The translations under genes and the position numbers were made by a program. Positions 60,588-64,000 of a DNA stretch of 64,000 nucleotides are shown piece by piece. Source of the DNA: an uncultured delta proteobacterium (GTDB taxonomy: Bacteria > Desulfobacterota > Desulfobacteria > Desulfobacterales > Desulfosalsimonadaceae). Position 1 is the first letter of the stretch. The number at the start of each line of letters is the position of its first letter. The DNA is taken from contig CAWGYD010000001.1 in assembly GCA_963826785.1 (NCBI GenBank), positions 32,001 through 96,000 of the forward strand, written 5' to 3'. The notes beneath the pieces were generated by a model. It ran no database searches and was not told the DNA's origin. It worked only from the letters and a program-made list of their open reading frames with translations.

Positions 60588-62171
60588 ATGAAAGTACTCG
60601 TCAGCGATAAACTCGGACAGGCCGGGATCGACATATTCGAGGCGGAAGAGGGAATTGACGTGGATGTCAAGACCGACCTGTCGCCCGACGAACTTAAAAG
60701 CGTCATCGGCGACTATGACGCCCTGGTGGTGCGCAGCGCCACCAAAGTGACCGAAGATTTGCTGGAATCGGCGGGAAAACTGCGGGTGATCGGCCGTGCC
60801 GGCATCGGGGTGGACAACATCGATCTGGCGGCGGCCACCCGGCGGGGCATCATCGTCATGAACACCCCCGGCGGCAACATTGTGACCACCGCCGAACACG
60901 CCATTGCCATGATGATGGCCCTGACCCGGAACATCCCCCAGGGGACCGAGTCATTAAAAGCCGGCCGCTGGGACAAGAAGAAGCTGCAGGGACGCGAAAT
61001 CATGCGCAAGACCCTGGGGGTGATCGGGTTCGGCAAAATCGGGTCCATCGTGGCCAACCGGGCCCGGGGCCTGAAAATGCAGGTGATCGTCTATGATCCG
61101 GTGGTCACCCCGGAGAAGATCGAAAAGCACGGATGCGAGTCCGTGTCGCTTACCGAACTCTACCGCCGGGCCGATTATATTTCCATCCATGTGCCCAAAA
61201 TGAAGAAGACGCTGGGCATGATCGACCACAAATCGTTTGCCGGGATGAAAGACGGCGTGATGCTGATCAACTGCGCACGGGGCGGGATTGTCGACGAGGA
61301 GGCGCTCCAGGAAGCCATGTCATCCGGGAAGGTGGCCGGCGCGGCCCTGGACGTGTTCGCCCTGGAACCGCCATCGCAAGATCATCCCCTGCTCAAACTT
61401 CCCAACCTGATCGCCACGCCGCACCTGGGGGCCTCCACCCTGGAAGCCCAGACCAATGTGGCCGTGGCCATCGCACAGCAGATCATCACCTTTTTGAAAA
61501 CCGATACCATTGAAAATGCCGTCAATGCCGCCTGCGTCTCCTGTGAGATAATGGAAAAGCTGGCGCCGTTCATCCATCTGGCCGATCGGATGGGTCGTAT
61601 CCAGGCGCAACTGGTCTCGGGCCACATCAAGGAAGTGGAAATTTCATACAACGGGGATTTTCTCCATGACGATCTGGCCCCCGTTACCACCGCTTTCCTG
61701 ATGGGGCTGCTGGAACCGATTACGTTGGATGACGTCAACATGGTCAATGCGCCCTGGCTGGCCAAGGAAAAAGGGATCAAGGTGTCCGAAGCCACCAGCG
61801 CCGACGCCAGTGAATACAACAATCTGATCACCATCAAGGTCGTCACCGATGAAGGAAACAATGCCGTGTCCGGCACCGTATTCGGCAGGAGCTATCCCCG
61901 GGTGGTGAAGATCAACGATTTCCGGCTGGAGATGGAACTGGAAGGGTACATGACCCTGATTCAGAACCAGGACAGGCCCGGCGAGATCGGAAACATCGGC
62001 ACCGTTTTAGGGGAGCACGACATCAATATTTCCCGGATGACCGTGGGGCAGGCCCGGGGCGGCGGACGCAACATCGTGGTGCTCAGGACCGATTCCGCCC
62101 TGGATGACGGCATCATCGCCCAACTTCAGGACCTGCCCATGAGCCGGTCGGTGACCTACCTGGAATTGTAA
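60588..62171 (+). CDS. serA: D-3-phosphoglycerate dehydrogenase (long form with ASB and ACT domains)
   Basis: VRSATKV, RAGIGVDNID, GFGKIG, NCARGG, TPHLGAST.EAQ, C-terminal NQDRPG..G. Confidence 0.96.
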   Translation: MKVLVSDKLGQAGIDIFEAEEGIDVDVKTDLSPDELKSVIGDYDALVVRSATKVTEDLLESAGKLRVIGRAGIGVDNIDLAAATRRGIIVMNTPGGNIVTTAEHAIAMMMALTRNIPQGTESLKAGRWDKKKLQGREIMRKTLGVIGFGKIGSIVANRARGLKMQVIVYDPVVTPEKIEKHGCESVSLTELYRRADYISIHVPKMKKTLGMIDHKSFAGMKDGVMLINCARGGIVDEEALQEAMSSGKVAGAALDVFALEPPSQDHPLLKLPNLIATPHLGASTLEAQTNVAVAIAQQIITFLKTDTIENAVNAACVSCEIMEKLAPFIHLADRMGRIQAQLVSGHIKEVEISYNGDFLHDDLAPVTTAFLMGLLEPITLDDVNMVNAPWLAKEKGIKVSEATSADASEYNNLITIKVVTDEGNNAVSGTVFGRSYPRVVKINDFRLEMELEGYMTLIQNQDRPGEIGNIGTVLGEHDINISRMTVGQARGGGRNIVVLRTDSALDDGIIAQLQDLPMSRSVTYLEL

Positions 62172-62286
62172 TCTGAAGAATTCCGGGGCAGCCGGGGCCG
62201 CTGCAATCTGTCAAGCGGATTCCTGTCTTCGATGAAATTCGCACAACGGCCCAGGATGTTTCTTGCCATGGGGTGTCCCCGAATCC

Positions 62287-63426
62287 CTACGGCTTGAAAA
62301 TAATCTTGATGACGCCCTTTTCCCGTTTATCAAACATCTGGTAGGCTTTGGGGGCGTCGTTAAGCTTCATGGTATAGCTGATCAGGCGGGTGGGATCGAT
62401 CCGGCCCGCCTCGATGAGATGGAGCAGCTGCTCGTTGTAATTTTTCACCGGGCACTGGCCCATCCTCAGCTGGATCTCCCGGGAAAACAGGTCGCCGAAG
62501 GGGAACTGGTCGAACACCCCGATGTACACCCCCGGGATGCCCACCGTGGAAAACTTGGGGGCGGTCTGGCTGACCCACTTCATGACCTGCACCGCGTTTA
62601 GATTCTTATAGGGCGGCTCTTCCATCTGGGGAGCCGTCTGCGGGGCGGGATGATGACCCACCGCTTCGTATCCCACCGCATCGATGCAGATGGCCCCGTG
62701 TCCCCTGGTGGCCTCCTTGATGTGCTCCACCGGGTTTGTTTCATCGAAATTGACGGCCTCAGCCCCCAGTTCCCGGGTCAGGTCCAGCCGGTCCGGCTGA
62801 CGGTCCACCGAGAACACCCGGGCCGCCCCCCGGATGAATGCGCTCATCACCGCAAAATAGCCCACCGGACCCGCGCCGAACACCGCCACGTCATCCCCGG
62901 GCTGCACGTTGGCGATGTCTGCGCCGAAATACCCCGTGGGCAGGATGTCGGACAGGAAGATGACCTGTTCATCGGTGAGATGGTCCGGCACCTTCAGCGG
63001 GTTGGTATTGGCGTAGGGAACCCGCACATACTCGGCCTGCCCGCCGTCATATCCCCCCATCATCTGGGAATACCCGTAGGCCGCGCCCACTTCGGCATTG
63101 GGATTGGACCGGTCGCACTGGGACCATTTCTGGTGCCGGCAGAACCAGCATTTCCCGCAGCTGATGTTAAACGGGATCACCACCCGGTCGCCTTTTTTCA
63201 CCTCGTGCACTTCCGGGCCGGCTTCCTCCACGATCCCCATGAATTCGTGCCCCAGGGTCTGGCCCTGTTCCATGGTGGGCACCGTGCCGTGATACAGATG
63301 CAGGTCCGAACCGCACAGTGCGGTGGTGGTCACCTTGAGGATGATATCCTCGGGGTCTTTGATCTTGGGTTCGGGCTTGTCCACCACCCGGACGTCATAT
63401 TTGTCATGATAAACCAATGCTTTCAT
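62287..63426 (-). CDS. Zinc-dependent alcohol/formaldehyde dehydrogenase family protein
   Basis: CGSDLH, GHEFMG, CGKCWFC..C, GGQAEYVRVP, LSDILPTG, GAGPVG. Confidence 0.9.
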   Translation of the reverse strand: MKALVYHDKYDVRVVDKPEPKIKDPEDIILKVTTTALCGSDLHLYHGTVPTMEQGQTLGHEFMGIVEEAGPEVHEVKKGDRVVIPFNISCGKCWFCRHQKWSQCDRSNPNAEVGAAYGYSQMMGGYDGGQAEYVRVPYANTNPLKVPDHLTDEQVIFLSDILPTGYFGADIANVQPGDDVAVFGAGPVGYFAVMSAFIRGAARVFSVDRQPDRLDLTRELGAEAVNFDETNPVEHIKEATRGHGAICIDAVGYEAVGHHPAPQTAPQMEEPPYKNLNAVQVMKWVSQTAPKFSTVGIPGVYIGVFDQFPFGDLFSREIQLRMGQCPVKNYNEQLLHLIEAGRIDPTRLISYTMKLNDAPKAYQMFDKREKGVIKIIFKP

Positions 63427-63767
63427 TTCATACTCCTTTTTTTACGGTCGATTGCGGATCAATTGACAGATTTCTTCTTTTGATTGGAAAAATCCGTTTT
63501 TACTTCAACAAAAGTAAAAACAATCGCGGGCTTTCATATGATGAAAATCGTGTATTTCAATCACCGGGCGACCGTATTTGCGCCATTGAATATGCGTAAT
63601 GTTAAACAAAATGCCTGCCCCTTCTGACGGGTCGAAATTTCTCCGGCGGCTTGAAATGGACGGCATCCTGCATAGTTTTTTATTCGGAAGCCGGAAAAAA
63701 AAAGGAATCTTAGTTTCCGGGACCCAAACAGATGATCGAGAAAATTCGATAAAAAGCGAGGTGGATC

Positions 63768-64000
63768 ATGGCAAAGAAACAAGAAGATCAGGAGCAGGAA
63801 AAAGCTGTGACCCTGGAGCGGGGGGATATTTTTTTCTTTTACCGGCCCAAGGTGGAAGAGGAAGACCCGGATAGCCTGTCCGATGTCCAGCGCATGTACA
63901 TGGTGCTGAAGCCCGAAAATAAAAAGAAGGTCCGGCTGGCGATCGTGGGGAAGAAGCGTCTTCCCGACCCGAATAAATCGGGCAAGGGCAGAAACTGGGG
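63768..64000 (+). CDS. Hypothetical protein, 5' part; runs off the window end
   Basis: GAGG RBS; open frame MAKKQEDQEQEKAVTLERGDIFFFYRPKVEEEDPDSLSDVQRMYMVLKP..VGKKRLPDP. Confidence 0.7.
   Translation, partial: MAKKQEDQEQEKAVTLERGDIFFFYRPKVEEEDPDSLSDVQRMYMVLKPENKKKVRLAIVGKKRLPDPNKSGKGRNW

Overview
GC-rich bacterial chromosome segment; gene content suggests a Desulfobacterota/Desulfobacterales-like anaerobe (inference). In order: scpA (partial), trpS, a DHH-CBS tRNA nucleotidyltransferase, pilC-pilS, lysS, a large envelope/lipid A cluster (lolCE-lolD-bamA-skp-lpxD-fabZ-lpxA-lpxI-gnnA-like-lpxB-msbA-lptF-lptG-lpxK-kinase, converging on waaA-kdsB-ICMT-like methyltransferase), an hdrL-mvhD-metV-metF operon in which hdrL and mvhD each read through an in-frame UGA (selenocysteine), two large paralogous secreted PKD-repeat proteins, apbE, mltF, mobB, metK, panC, DUF1015, a corrinoid methyl-transfer cluster, serA, a Zn-dependent dehydrogenase and a partial ORF. 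The corrinoid cluster holds a sarcosine/dimethylglycine methyltransferase, a corrinoid protein, two non-pyrrolysine MttB homologues, a hydantoinase-A-like protein, an ACT protein, a RACo activase, DUF1638 and a methyl-THF methyltransferase. The most striking observation is missed by the ORF track: both secreted repeat proteins carry an in-frame UGA in a G-UGA-G context right after their signal peptides. Each UGA is followed at identical spacing by the same hairpin, and the two genes share an upstream promoter-like motif, so they are candidate exported selenoproteins. Several frameshifts, including one in essential bamA, indicate probable indel errors in this assembly. No rRNA, tRNA, CRISPR array or transposase was recognised.
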